Below, one piece after another: positions 63,151-64,000 of a stretch of DNA of 64,000 nucleotides. Numbering within the stretch: the first letter of the stretch is position 1; each line of letters opens with the position of its first letter. The notes beneath the pieces were generated by a model. The model was not told the origin of the DNA, did not search any database, and was given only the letters and a program-made list of their open reading frames with translations. The translations under genes and the position numbers were made by a program. The DNA is from Camelus ferus (taxonomy: Eukaryota): positions 72,294,001 through 72,358,000 of the forward strand of contig NC_045697.1 of assembly GCF_009834535.1 (NCBI RefSeq), given 5' to 3'.

Positions 63151-64000
63151 GACCTTTTTTCTCCCCTACCACTAAGCTAATGTTCTATTAGAAACTCTAC
63201 GATTAGTATCCATTCCAACAAATTTTAATATTCAAAAACTTTTATAACTCATCATGGATCTGTATCAGAACACACACATTCTGTACATCTCCAGAAATTT
63301 CCATTAAAGCCAGACCAATTAACTAATAAACATTTTTATCTGAATCCTGGACTCTGAGAAGTTACTTGACCCTGGGTATTACCAGAAGAGAAAATGCCTT
63401 TGAGACTTTGGCACAGGCAGATTAATTCATTTGGGAAGGTGATAAAAGAGCAGCAGTTTAAGAGGTGGCTATGAGTGATATGGATATGTATTAATCAAAC
63501 CCACGTGTTACTTTTAAAACGTGACTGGTGCTAACAAGCCCAACTTAAGACCCGATGAATAGGACTCCAGGAGTACAACTGGGGGCACCTTTTAAAAAGA
63601 TCAACAGGTAATTCACACTCGAGCAAGATTATTACTGAGAAAGATCACTAATATTGATAAAAGCTATCAATTTCTCCCTGTATTTACAACCATGCCATAA
63701 GCTACTTACCAAAACAATAAATGTAATGATAACCTTAAGAAATGAGTATCAAAGGGCATAGATGTTTTGGTTTATAATTTGAACTCTGTAAAATATCAAC
63801 TAACTTCATTTCGAACTGAAAACTAAGCATGGTTCAATCACTTTTCTAAACTTTAACATATAGAAGTTCTACCAATTCATGGTTACCTCATTAAGGGATA
63901 CCTCTCATAAAGCCAGCACTTTAAAACAAAGGTTTCACTTAGCATACAGGGAGCCCACAAAGTACAGCTGACACTAATGCATGCTTGTCAGTAAATGAAC

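Noticed and set aside
62856..64000. UBE2D3 alternative C-terminal exon or penultimate exon
   Set aside because: I found no UBE2D-like peptide or duplicated last exon in this interval; it is presumably beyond the window.

Overview
This is mammalian genomic DNA, probably camelid: it carries four Vic-1-like tRNA-derived SINEs and cetartiodactyl-type L1 3' ends, with no Alu, BovB, Bov-tA or PRE1 seen. The minus strand holds the 5' half of the lysosomal beta-mannosidase gene MANBA: a CpG-island promoter at ~47.1-47.8 kb and coding exons 1-8. All splice sites are GT-AG and the 1112 coding nt join in frame; the gene continues past position 1. About 12-15 kb upstream, in the same orientation, lie the last coding exon and long 3' UTR of UBE2D3. 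The rest is intronic or intergenic and rich in repeats (L1, L2, MIR, MaLR LTRs, ERVL internal, hAT and Tigger DNA transposons). The most unusual observation is a diverged genomic copy of the MANBA exon 4/intron 4 junction in intron 1, next to a candidate acceptor, forming a possible 32-nt frameshifting (poison) micro-exon. Also notable are an apparently full-length Charlie1-type hAT element with TIRs and TSD, a long Tip100/Zaphod-like transposase fossil in the same intron, a young L1 inserted almost in register into an older L1, and a UBE2D3 3' UTR with many poly(A) signals and miRNA/Pumilio sites. I found no evidence of an intact novel protein-coding system. Repeat family names come from memory of consensus sequences, not from a database search.
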